Of a stretch of 64,000 bases of DNA, positions 1 to 10,884 are shown piece by piece (positions within the stretch are counted from its first letter, which is position 1; every line of letters begins with the position of its first letter). Both the position numbers and the translations under genes were made by a program. The DNA lies in NCBI GenBank assembly GCA_002269645.1, contig NIVC01000839.1:248001-312000 (forward strand). Reading direction: 5' to 3'. Source of the DNA: Macrostomum lignano (Eukaryota). Below the pieces are notes generated by a model that made no database searches, was not told the DNA's origin, and saw only the letters and a list, made by a program, of their open reading frames with translations.

Positions 1-1470
1 CAGAAGTCCTCCTCAGCTGGGAGCGGCGTATCCAGTGGGAGCGCAAAACTGGCAGGCAGCGGTGACGCGGGCGCGTTCACGATGCCGGCGAAGAAGTCGC
101 GCAATTCGTTCCTGCGCTCCTCCGGGGTGTCGCCGGCCAGGTTCAGCACCACACGCTTTCTACACCCCGTCAGAGTCAGGACGGCCGTCCACACTGCGCG
201 GCTCTTCACGTCGGGGCCGGCTGCAGTGATGGTCCGAACGGAGTCGTCGACAGCGGCCTGCTGCCGCTCGTCTAGAAGGCGCTCAAAGCGTATTCAGCGT
301 CGCCCGTGGGCCGCCGGTTTCTGCGGAGTCGCTCGATGTTGAACCGCGCCTGCCTGATGGTCGGGTCGCTCTGCCAGACAGGCAGCGATTTCTGCGCTCT
401 GCAGCGGCTCTAGCGGAGGTGCTGATGTCGGAATACTCCGCCTCCCGCTGGTCTCTAAGCGCGCCGACGAAGGCGCCCGCAAATTGACGCTTCAAGTAGG
501 TGTCCAACAGTGCACGATAGTAGCGCGGTGGCCGCTGCTTTGGCGGTCGGTAGAGCTGGTCGTGGAACCGCAAGTCGCAGAGCAGAAGTCGATGGTCTGA
601 CCAGAGAGCCAGTGGAGCCCACGGTGTCGCAGTTGGTGATGCGGCGGCGCTCGCGAGTGCGCGAACCAGTGCATGATCGAGTTGCGCCAGTCCCCTTGTG
701 GCGTTCTACCCGCGTGCGTTCCATCGCCTTCTCTTGCAGCCCGCGTAGGTGACCAGGCAGGCAGGGGGGCTTGCGGAACTGGGTATTCGCGGACACCAGG
801 TCCAACCGGTCAAGCAGATCCTCCAGCACATCGGTGTTGGCGTTCTCGCATCCCGCGACAAAGGGCGAGCGCTCGTACCTCCGCGGAACTGCGTTAAGGT
901 CTCCGAGCACTGCCAGCATATCGCGGTTTGGCACCTCTTCCAGCTGCCCAGCCCGGAAGTCGAAGAAGGCACGAGCCTCCTCGTGAGGTGAGCAGCGATG
1001 GGTGCATACGCGCAGAACAGCCGGATGCAGCGGGCGCGCAGGCGCAGGTCGACCCGCATCAGACGCGGGGACAGCGAAGCGCAGTGCACGCTCTGCCGAA
1101 GGTGCCGTCCGATCAGCACGCCGACACCGCCCCGGCCGCGGTCGTCTGCCGACGTGTACAGGAGGCTCCAGCCGGCTCCCAGGTCCTCAGAGTGTAGCCC
1201 AGGCTCAGCCACGATAGAAACCTCCTGTAGCGTGATGGGGTCCAGCTGAAGGTCGTGGGCCAACTGGACGAGAATGATGCGACGCCAAGGGGCCTTCAGA
1301 GTTCGGCGATTCATCGTGCCGAGTCTGAGGCGGCCACCTGGTACCGCTGGGGCCAGATGGAGGTTGGCCTCGTGGTCCCCGGCGCCACCCGGTGGATCTA
1401 TAGTTGGAATAGAAACAGGCGCCTGGCCACGCCACGGATTCGCCCTCGCCAGTTGAGCTCGTGCCGCCAC
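1..1470 (-). mobile_element. Degenerate non-LTR retrotransposon (RTE-like): frameshifted APE endonuclease region, running off the window edge
   Basis: APE motifs continue across three minus-strand frames: GTMNRRTL, ITLQEV and GRGGVGVLI (706-1470), then VLGDLNA and LVSANTQFRKPP (455-934), then 283-573. GC-rich block with an abrupt switch to AT-rich DNA near 1600. Confidence 0.75.
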
Positions 1471-2219
1471 TCAGTGCGACTTTGGGCGCTGCGCCGACCT
1501 CTGCGTGTCCCTGGTGTGCTGAGCTTTGCTGCCGCAGCCGAGGTGCGACCGTCCGAGCCAACCGAGGTGATCCAGCCGCGATGACAGGTCAGGTGTCAGC
1601 ACTACTTGCACGGTTGTGAAAATATAATGGCTCAGATACGGTGTGTAACACATTAAAACATAATAAAATAAGATTTTTATTTTTTTACTTTAAAAATCTC
1701 TATACTGCTTTAAGCAACCACCTCAAGATATATGCAACTTTTTTTTAACAAATCACCGTTTCACTCGTCAGAAAGCATTTAACAATAAAACGGGTATACT
1801 TTATGATTAAAAAACTTAATTTGGTGGCATCTTTTAAAAGACCTATAACTAGCAGCTAATCTTCTTGTACATGCTCGATCAGAATGCCTTCAGCAGCAGT
1901 TCAGCGTGCGTCCCGTGTGCTGCATCAGACTGAATGCTATACATACATGTAGTTCAGTCGAGTTACATGTATAGACGATCGACATCAGGGGTGTCGGAAC
2001 CGCGGAGGGGGGATGGGGTGCTGGTGCCCCCCCCCCACTTTTTAGCATGATCTTGCAAGTGCCCTTTTTGAATTTCAAGCCAGTGTCGGCCGGTTTTCGG
2101 CTTTGGCTTTTCTGAGTCTTGGAAGCTAAGGGTACCAGCTGATATAATAGTTCATGTTGTTCTCAATCCCATTCCATTACAGTTTTCATCTAATGTGCCT
2201 AAGCCTAGTGCTTTTAGTG

Positions 2220-3074
2220 CAGGGGTCAGCAAAATTTTTACCTCAAGGGTCAGATTGAGAACAGCGCATGACTGCCCTTCTGGGTCCGCTTCGCTGGGCC
2301 CCCTAAGCGAAACGCGCGCCCGGGAGTCCCTGATGGCTGCGGGCTATAGGGAGAGAGGATAGGGAATAGAGAAGAGAAATACGAGCGCAGGAGAAAGGAG
2401 AGGCGAAGGAATAAAGGAGAAGAGAGTAGACGAGAAGAGAGATAAAATACGAGAGGAGAGAGAGGAGAGGGGAGATGAATGAGGACAGGAGAGTCGAAAT
2501 ATAAGAGAGGGGAAATAAGGAGAGGAGAGAGGTGAAATGAGAGGAGAGGAAATGATACGAAAGGAGAAGAGGGAGGTGAGGAGAGGAAAGAAGTGAGGAG
2601 AGGTGAGGAGATGAGAGGAAAGCAGAGAGGAAGAGGAGAGGAGAGGAGAGAGGTGAGGATATGAGAGGAGAGGAGAGGAGAGAGGTGAGGAGATGAGAGG
2701 AGAGGAGAGGAGATGAGAGGAGAGAGGTGAGGAGATGAGAGAAGAGGAGAGAGGTGAGGAAATGAGAGGAGAGGAGAGAGGAGAGGAGAGGAAAGGAGAG
2801 AGGAGAGAAGAGGATAGGAAAGGAGAGGAGAGAGGTGAGGAGATGAGAAGAGAGCTAGAGGTGAAGAGAGGTGAGGAGATGAGAGGAAAGGAGAGAGGAG
2901 AGGAGAGGAGAGGACAGGAGAATATGAGAAGAGAAAGATGAGGGAAGAGAGCTGAGAAGAGACAAACATCAAGCGGGCCGGATTGCTATTCTGAAGATTC
3001 AAAGGACCCAAGGGCCGGATAGAGAGGCTTTGCAGGCAACATTTGGCCCTCAGGCCGGAGTTCGCCAACCCCTG
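2220..3074. mobile_element. Possible nested MITE with CAGGGG...CCCCTG ends
   Basis: caggggtcagcaaa at 2220 versus gttcgccaacccctg ending at 3074. Imperfect inverted repeat and no clean TSD. Confidence 0.35.
2345..2960. repeat. Polypurine (GGAGA/GAGGA)n low-complexity tract
   Basis: About 600 bp of almost pure A/G on the + strand. Explains spurious ORFs 2250-3068 and 2735-2941. Confidence 0.9.
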
Positions 3075-3699
3075 TTTTTTCGTAGCTCGTATTCAGCCCC
3101 TTTACTTTGGCATCTCTGATCGGGATTCCGAGTCCGCCGCAATCCTAAGACTTAAACCGCTTCTGGCGCTGCAACTAAAAGCACTAAAATGCCGTCAGAT
3201 AAAAGAATAGAGACGGCGCCAAGAGGAACTGAAGGAAGCAGCCAAGAGATCCAGAAAATTACTGGTCTTGCCCTGGCAAATTTCATTCATTTGAGATATT
3301 TACTAAATAAATTGATAGTGCAGTGCAGTTGCGCAATGTTTGGATTAGTTGAAAATTCGAACATTTTTCTGAATTTTGGCCACTTCCAACACAGAATTGA
3401 ATATTGGCCTGGTTGTCACAATTAGTGTCGCAAACTGACATAACAGCAAGAGTTAGGGTACCCTTAGATAAAAAATCATGTGCAATGTGCGCCCTCCTCC
3501 CACCAATAGTATATAGCCACCCCCACTTTAAAATATTTTCCGACACCGCTGATATCGACATCAGCAGACTACCTCAGTCTACCTCAAGAGACGTGCAGTG
3601 ACACCCACCTAAAGAGACAGTATAAGTGGCACTGCACCTCCACCTGAAGAGACTGCGATCGCCCACCTGCTGCTGAGGAGATCGACTGCATGCAGCTAT

Positions 3700-3975
3700 A
3701 GTGATGCCCATGCACCTGAAAAGAGAAACCTGGAAAAACCATGGAATTGAAATAACTGGAGATACCTGTGGTGGAGATACTGGGAGAAACCTGGAGAAAC
3801 TTGAAGGGAACTGGAGAAACACCTTAAGAAACTTAAAGAAACAATTGGAGAAACCTGGAGAACTTGGAGAACGTCAAAGATAAACCTGGAGAATTAACTT
3901 TATAGAAATTTAGAGTACTTGGAGAAACCTGGAGAAACCTAAAGAAACATGGAGAAACATGGGAGAAACCTTGGA
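3700..3975. repeat. Degenerate GGAGAAACCT-like short repeats
   Basis: Recurrent ctggagaaac / cttggagaa motifs. Confidence 0.6.
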
Positions 3976-5230
3976 GGACATCGTAAATGTAATTCTGAGC
4001 TGTCGAAAAGGCTAGGTTAGAAGGCTCGGCTCAATAAATCAAGCAAGGGAGCAGAAATAACTAAGAAAGCTTTCTTTGATCACGATATTCCATCCGAATT
4101 TATTTCACAAACAAAGTATGAATTTGTCGACAAATAAAGCAATAATTTAGTCTATTTAGTCTAGAATATAAGTATATAAATATAAATATATATCCTATAT
4201 ACTAAAATCTAGTTTTAGTCTAAGAATTTAGTCACGATATTTCGTAGAATGATCGTTATAGATAAAACAGCGTGAATTTAAACTGCTTCAAATAAGTGAG
4301 GATTTCTTTTTTAATGTATCGAAATTAAAACTTAGAAAGGAAGGTTATAAATGTATGCAACACTAGTATAGACTAGGCCTATAGATTTCACTTTAGCGTT
4401 TATTTGGGTGTTAGTCTGTTAAATCATTAGTAACTTAGTTTATACTTCCTGCCTAGACAGGAAAGCTTAAGCTAGCAATATTGCACTGACTGGCAGTGGC
4501 AGGGAAAGGTACATTATTATTAAGCCTAAATACTTTTTACATTTAGTAAAACAGGGTGACCCACAAGTAGGCCTAACTGACACATTTAAATTCCTTGTTC
4601 CTTTCTATTGCTTGAATGAAAAATTTTTTAAATGCTTTATGACATTAACACTTTATTGTATCAGTAGTGCCATTGGTGTCATTGTCATGCAATGCATAGG
4701 CCCGAGGGCTAGATGATAGGCCTAGACTGATAGGCCTAGCCTAGGCATCAAAGGACATAGAACTTAACACTGAAAAATCTGGATTTCATTATTATTTTAA
4801 CTGGGGCCTAATTTTCATTTAAATTCTAAATAAGGATCCAAAAGTCAAAAGATCTAAAAGAAGATCTAAATATTTATTAAAGGAAGGCCCCTAATAATAA
4901 TGGCAATCTTTCAGTTTGCAACCACCTCAAATAGTGATGTTCACCATATAAAAAAGCTGTAGGACATAAAAACTGATGGTAGTTTCAGATGATTATAAAT
5001 GTTTTCAAATGTCAAATGTTTTTATACATTGGTTTGCTAATAACTTATATTGTATAATTTGTATAGGTATATACACAATATAATGTATGTTTTCTTTATA
5101 AAAAATAAAACTCAACAAGGGTGCAATCTCTATAGGCTATGCTTTTCCCCTCTAAATCTGCCACTAATTAAGCTTAAGCCTAGGCATATAAATTAGGCCT
5201 ATATTTAAACCTATGGGTATAGGCCTAAGG

Positions 5231-5781
5231 GATTACAGTCATTTCGGTGACAAGATGTTTTGGTGACAGTCCTTTTGGTGACAAGCAAAGTTCATTTCCG
5301 TGACAAAAAATACCCTTTTAAGTGATAGCCAGGGCCCATTCTGTTTTTAAACAGAAAATTAGCCTGCAAATCTTAAATTAAAAGATATTGTCATTGAACC
5401 TAAAGTTTTATAATTTTTTGAAAAGGTTAAGTTTTGCTTTATTTAATTTTTGTTTATTTACAATTGAGTTGCAGGCTTTTGAATTGTTTTTCAATCCAAA
5501 TATGTAGCATCAATTTCTGCTTTTCTCGGTCAGCATTTCATGAGGATTCTCTATAGAGGTTTATGGTTTATATCTAAAAACTCTGGGGCAATTCAAAATG
5601 ATGTGTATAAGAAGAAAACAACATAATTAGTTTTATTTGTTTTCCTAAATATATTAATCTTTTGATAAATTTTTTTAAATATATATGTACGAAGTATAAA
5701 TATTAACAAAATAACTACAAGCTAATATTATGAAGCGCCTCTTATCACCAAAATGACTTGTCACCTAAATGACTGGTACTT
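5231..5781. mobile_element. Mutator-like (MULE) MITE with 9-bp TSD
   Basis: Inverted repeat cagtcatttcggtgacaagatgttttggtgacag versus reverse complement of cttatcaccaaaatgacttgtcacctaaatgactg. GGCCTAAGG flanks both sides (5222-5230 and 5782-5790). Confidence 0.7.
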
Positions 5782-7764
5782 GGCCTAAGGCCATATAAAC
5801 TAGCCAATTTGTTTTATAATAAAATCTCAATAGGACTAAAAGCATATTCAATAATAGGCCCCTAGGCCCTTACTTATATATCAAAAAAGCATATTCAATA
5901 CTTTTATCTATAGGATAGGTTGATACTCAACTTTTTTTAGTATGGAAGGCCTCTTTTTATTCTTATATAAAAATATAAGCAAATAATATAACACAAAATA
6001 TATTTGAAGTTACTAATATTAAATTTTTTATTATTTTTTATAAGATACAAGTCATAATATAATATTGTATTAATACTAAACAATATTATTATGCCAAACT
6101 TAGGCCTAGGATAGTTAATAATCAAAAGGTTTGTTATACCTAAGCTTATAGCTATAAATATGGCTAGACTTATGTTATATAGAAAGTTATGGATAGAAAC
6201 AAATTAGATAGTTTAGACAGTTAATAAGTATAAGCCTAGAAATTTCTATTGGAATATTTTTCCTGTGCTATATGTAAAGGCCTAGTTTTAATGCTTATAA
6301 GTTATATATTCATAATTTGCACAATACTGTATAAATAATACTATCATTATTTACATGGTAACTAAAATAAAGACTAGTTTTATATACTGTGCAGTATTTA
6401 TAGCTATGGTCCAATTATGTTTGACCACAAATCTATCCTTTTAAAGACAATGGATAATATTCTTTATATTTTGCATTAATTATAGTAAATAATGAGCTAA
6501 TAAAAATGCTAAGCTATAAAACATATAAATCATGCCTAAACTCCATCTATTGGCTTTAGTTAGTTTTAACTCATTATGAAAGTAAAAAATACAATGACAA
6601 ATATTGAGTTGTCCCTGATATTATAACTATGATAAGGTATTCATTTCAGTTATTATATAAATAACACTAGCAATATTTATACAGTACTATGCAAATAATG
6701 ACTGCCTACAAGTTATCTATATAACTAAAGTTGATTATATCTGTCTGTCTGTTTGTGAAGTTCACATTTTAGAATGAACCAGAAGACCAATCTTCACAGG
6801 ACTTGCACTGTTAGTTTGCAAATTTTCCAGCAGTGATGTGGCAGATTTTGCTAAAATTTCTGATAATGCGAAGGATGTTTAATTAGCAAAAAACTACTTT
6901 TTTTGCCACGGAATTTCTGTGGTCAGTTGAAAAAAAGGCTTACTAACTGCCAATTTGGCTGACTTGATTGAGGTTGCATCAGCAATCTGGCCTATCTCTC
7001 CAGTGTATTTCATTTAGCTAGGCTGATTTGTGTGCAGAAAGGAATGGGGGTTCGTTGGCTCACTTGGCAATGTGCAAAGGCGTGTGTAGCCCTGGCTGCG
7101 GGGCGGCGTCAAAATTTAGCTTTGGCAATGGTCAGGGAGAGAAATTCAATGACTTATTTTGTAGGCCTTCAAGTGTAAAAGTGCTATCATTTGCTGATTG
7201 TGCTTCGAGTTTTTTAGATTGGAGTAAGATAATTATATTGCCTAAAAGAGCTTGAAATGCTGAACATGGGGATATAATTTTATTGCTTCAAATCTGAAAA
7301 TCAGAAGCACAGCACTAAAAAGAAGATTGGCTTGAACAATGTACTGTGTACATTGTTGGCCGGGAGCCAATTGAAAATAGACAGCTGTGTACACTGCTGG
7401 GGTAGGGAGAGAGAGTTGAGCTCAAATGCAATTATCAATTGCGAGGCCTCTAGGTTTGGGAGCTCAAATTTGTACACGCAAAATATTTCGTATATTTCTC
7501 TTGATAAAGTGGGAACTGGGACTGGGTATGGCAGGAGTTCTTGACCAATGATTTAATTTGGTCAAGGTGCCACAAATGATTATTCAGTCAGAACTTTAAC
7601 AAGCTGCTTTTCATCCGAACTACTATTCAGTTCATATGACTGTCTGTGAAACTTATAAACTGTTCAAAGTTGGTTTTCACCATTCAAAGTTGGTTTTCAC
7701 TATTGAAAATTGGTTTTCACAATTGTATTTTTAAGCAATTTTTTAACAATATAAACAGTAAACT

Positions 7765-8735
7765 GTCAAACGAGTGCTGTTGTAACTGTCTAATTGGTGC
7801 TGTTGTAAACTTTGTAATGGGTGCTATTGTAAACTGTCTAACGGGTGCTGTTGTAAACTGTCTAACGGGTGCTGTTGTAAACTGTATAAGGGGTGCTGTT
7901 GTAAACTGTCTAACGGATGCTATTGTAAACTGTCTAATGGGTGCTGTTGTAAACTGTCTAACAGGTGCTGTTGTAAAGTAAACTGTCTAACGGGTGCTGT
8001 TGTAAACTGTCTAACAGGTGCTGTTGTAAACTGTATAAGGGGTGCTGTTGTAAACTGTCTAACAGATGCTATTGTAAACTGTCTAATGGGTGCTGTTGTA
8101 AACTGTCAAATGGGTGCTGATGTAAACTGTCTAATGGGTGCTGTTGTAAACTGTCTAACGGGTGCTATTGTAAACTGTCTAAGGGGTGCTGTTGTAAACT
8201 GTCTAAGGGGTGCTATTGTAAACTGTCTAACGGGTGCTGTTGTAAACTGTCTAACAGGTGCTGTTGTAAACTGTATAAGGGGTGCTGTTGTAAACTGTCT
8301 AACAGATGCTATTGTAAACTGTCTAATGGGTGCTGTTGTAAACTGTCAAATGGGTGCTGATGTAAACTGTCTAATGGGTGCTGTTGTAAACTGTCTAACG
8401 GGTGCTATTGTAAACTGTCTAAGGGGTGCTGTTGTAAACTGTCTAAGGGGTGCTATTGTAAACTGTCTAACGGGTGCTGTTGTAAACTGTCTAACAGGTG
8501 CTGTTGTAAACTGTATAAGGGGTGCTGTTGTAAACTGTCTAACAGATGCTATTGTAAACTGTCTAATGGGTGCTGTTGTAAACTGTCAAATGGGTGCTGA
8601 TGTAAACTGTCTAATGGGTGCTGTTGTAAACTGTCTAACGGGTGCTATTGTAAACTGTCTAAGGGGTGCTGTTGTAAACTGTCTAAGGGGTGCTATTGTA
8701 AACTGTCTAACGGGTGCTGTTGTAAACTGTCTAAT
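7765..8735. repeat. 24-bp minisatellite (gggtgctgttgtaaactgtctaac) with 240-bp higher-order repeat
   Basis: The same variant pattern recurs at 8101, 8341 and 8581. The GAVVNCLT ORFs are repeat artefacts. Confidence 0.95.
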
Positions 8736-9513
8736 GGCAGGAGTTACAATCAACTGATTTGGACCTGTGGAGCGGGTAAAATTGCTACCTGCTTTCTACC
8801 AGGTTGTCTCTGCTTCATGTGCCTGTTTTCTGGAGGGCTGTCTCTGGCTGATCTTTCTGTCTTCTCGCTGGTTGTCAAAGATCAAGAAAAGTGCTTGCTT
8901 GAAAAACTGTTTGGGACCCGCAAAGCGGGTCTTCCTGCTAGTATTTTTCTAAAATTCATTTTATTGGGGATGCTTTGAAAGTAAAGAATTTTTTAATAAC
9001 TTTTTACTGACTAAACTTATAGACTTAAAATTTTTACCCCACAATTTGATCTATATTGGCAACTAACAACTTTATTTTAAGCTTCATATAACTATATGCA
9101 ACTGTATAATCTTAAATTAAAGTCTATACCTCAAGATTAAGAGTTATACTTTTGTCTATGAAAAAAAACTAACCAAGTTTAAGCATACTCTACAAAGAAA
9201 AAAATCATACTTTTTTATTTCTTTTCTTTAGCAATTTCAGTGTGCTCTACACTACAAAGCTGCCATTCCACTAGATATAAGTGCAATCCAACAGTTTGTT
9301 AATTCCTTCTTGCCAAAAACTCAAAGAATATTCCAAGTCTTCCATAAGTCATAATCTCAATGGGAAAAAGTTTTCCATTAGAAATTGTATCTTTTACCAA
9401 CACACATACATGCATAACAGTCAGCCAAGTCGGCCAATCCGGCCGACTGATTTAGCAGCCAACCAAGAAAGTTGCAAAAATGCCCACCCAAAAAACCAAA
9501 GTAGTAGTACTAA

Positions 9514-9573
9514 GTAGCTGACGAGGCATTTTGGCCTAATAGGACAGTCATAGTTACTCCTGCCGTTTACCCG
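9514..9573 (-). pseudogene. Short diverged fragment resembling cytosolic LSU (28S) rRNA, helix 69-71 region
   Basis: Minus strand reads cgggtaaacggcaggagtaactatgactgtcctattaggccaaaatgcctcgtcagcta. The canonical eukaryotic sequence, recalled from memory, is cgggtaaacggcgggagtaactatgactctcttaaggtagccaaatgcctcgtcatcta. Flanks are not clearly rRNA. Confidence 0.6.
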
Positions 9574-10884
9574 AAGTTGCATTAATTTTGCTATAGGGTT
9601 TTTTTACATGTAAGTCGCATTTTTGGCCAAAAACTACATCGCATTTTTGTTAAAACTAAGTCGCACGGCCGACCAAATTTAGGAGCTTGCGCATGTATGC
9701 CAACACAATAGCTCTATAGAGCTCAAAACTGCAAAATTATTTCTAGGCCACTTTTCTTTTAGAAAATAAAAAGAGGAGCCCCTATTAGAAGTAGCCAAAT
9801 ATAGTAGTAGAAGTTAAAAAAACCTTTGTTTTCTTACTTTTTTAGTAGTATTTTTTGCCATTAACAAAAGTTGTAATTTTTAATCTTAAGATTTAGACTT
9901 TTATTTATGATTACTCAATTGCATGTAGCTATACAAGGCATAAAATAAGCCTATGCCACAAATGCATTTTTTCTTAATCTCTCTACCTTGAAAACTCTTC
10001 CTTTTTATTTACTTTGCATCCTACTTAATTTATTGGTATAAATGATATTAATATGAACTGATCTCAAGATTATATTTGCCATAGTGCTAATCATTCTAAT
10101 ATGCTAAAGCTTTTTTGGTGTATGCATTGTTTGGCTTAACTTTTGATATATTTTTATACCAAATCTAATGTATATATCATATACTTATATCTGAATAGGC
10201 CTAGAAAATATCAAATAGTGTATACATAAAGTCTCAATTTTTAGCTATAAACATGAAATTTATAGTCACTACAAATGACCAAGACTAGAATCCATTATAG
10301 ATTATATAATTTATATAGCAAGGCTATTACTTATATCTTATAATTGACATCAAAGTGTTAATAGCTTGTCTTATCTTCTAGAAATCTCTTATTGTTGTTA
10401 CTAGAAATTGTGATAGGGATCTTTATTCAAGCTTATCATATGAACAAAATGTTTTTACAGTGCTTCTAACTTAATGCTGTCAAGTTGTTACAATATTATA
10501 ATGTAGTTATTGTTTTTTAACCCAAATTCTTTATACATTATCCTTTGAGCACAATACTTTAAATAAGTCTAAATATAAATCAGTGTTTTTTTCTTCTTAC
10601 TAGTAGCAGTCTTACTTATTGAGTATGAAGTACTCTGTTTTTACTAGCCCAAATTTTCAAGTATTTCTTAGTATTAGAATAATTATTTTTTTGTAAATAT
10701 CTCTCAGTTATTTTTAAGATCTATATAATTCAACTTGATCGATCTTCTTTTCAATATTCTACTTATCAGTAGTATGTACAGCATGTTTTCCTATTTCACT
10801 GTTAAAAATAATAATTTCCCTAAATACCATTTAGTTAAAACACTAGACTAGGCCTATCTATTTTAAATTGCCAATTTGCATAAT

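Larger units (their letters stand above)
1986..3551. mobile_element. Non-autonomous DNA transposon with CAGGGG-type ends (hAT-like)
   Basis: Left end caggggtgtcggaa (1986) matches right end ttccgacaccgctg (3551) at 13/14 as an inverted repeat. ATCGACAT occurs at 1978-1985 and 3554-3561, 2 nt out of perfect TSD register. No transposase ORF. Confidence 0.55.

Noticed and set aside
1564-1579. 16-nt match to the 3' end of bacterial 16S rRNA (gaggtgatccagccgc)
   Set aside because: Too short, with no flanking rRNA similarity; it lies in the GC-rich retrotransposon leader and is likely chance.
4000-7000. Mitochondrial insertion (NUMT) suggested by high AT content
   Set aside because: No mitochondrial protein, tRNA or rRNA motifs recognised.
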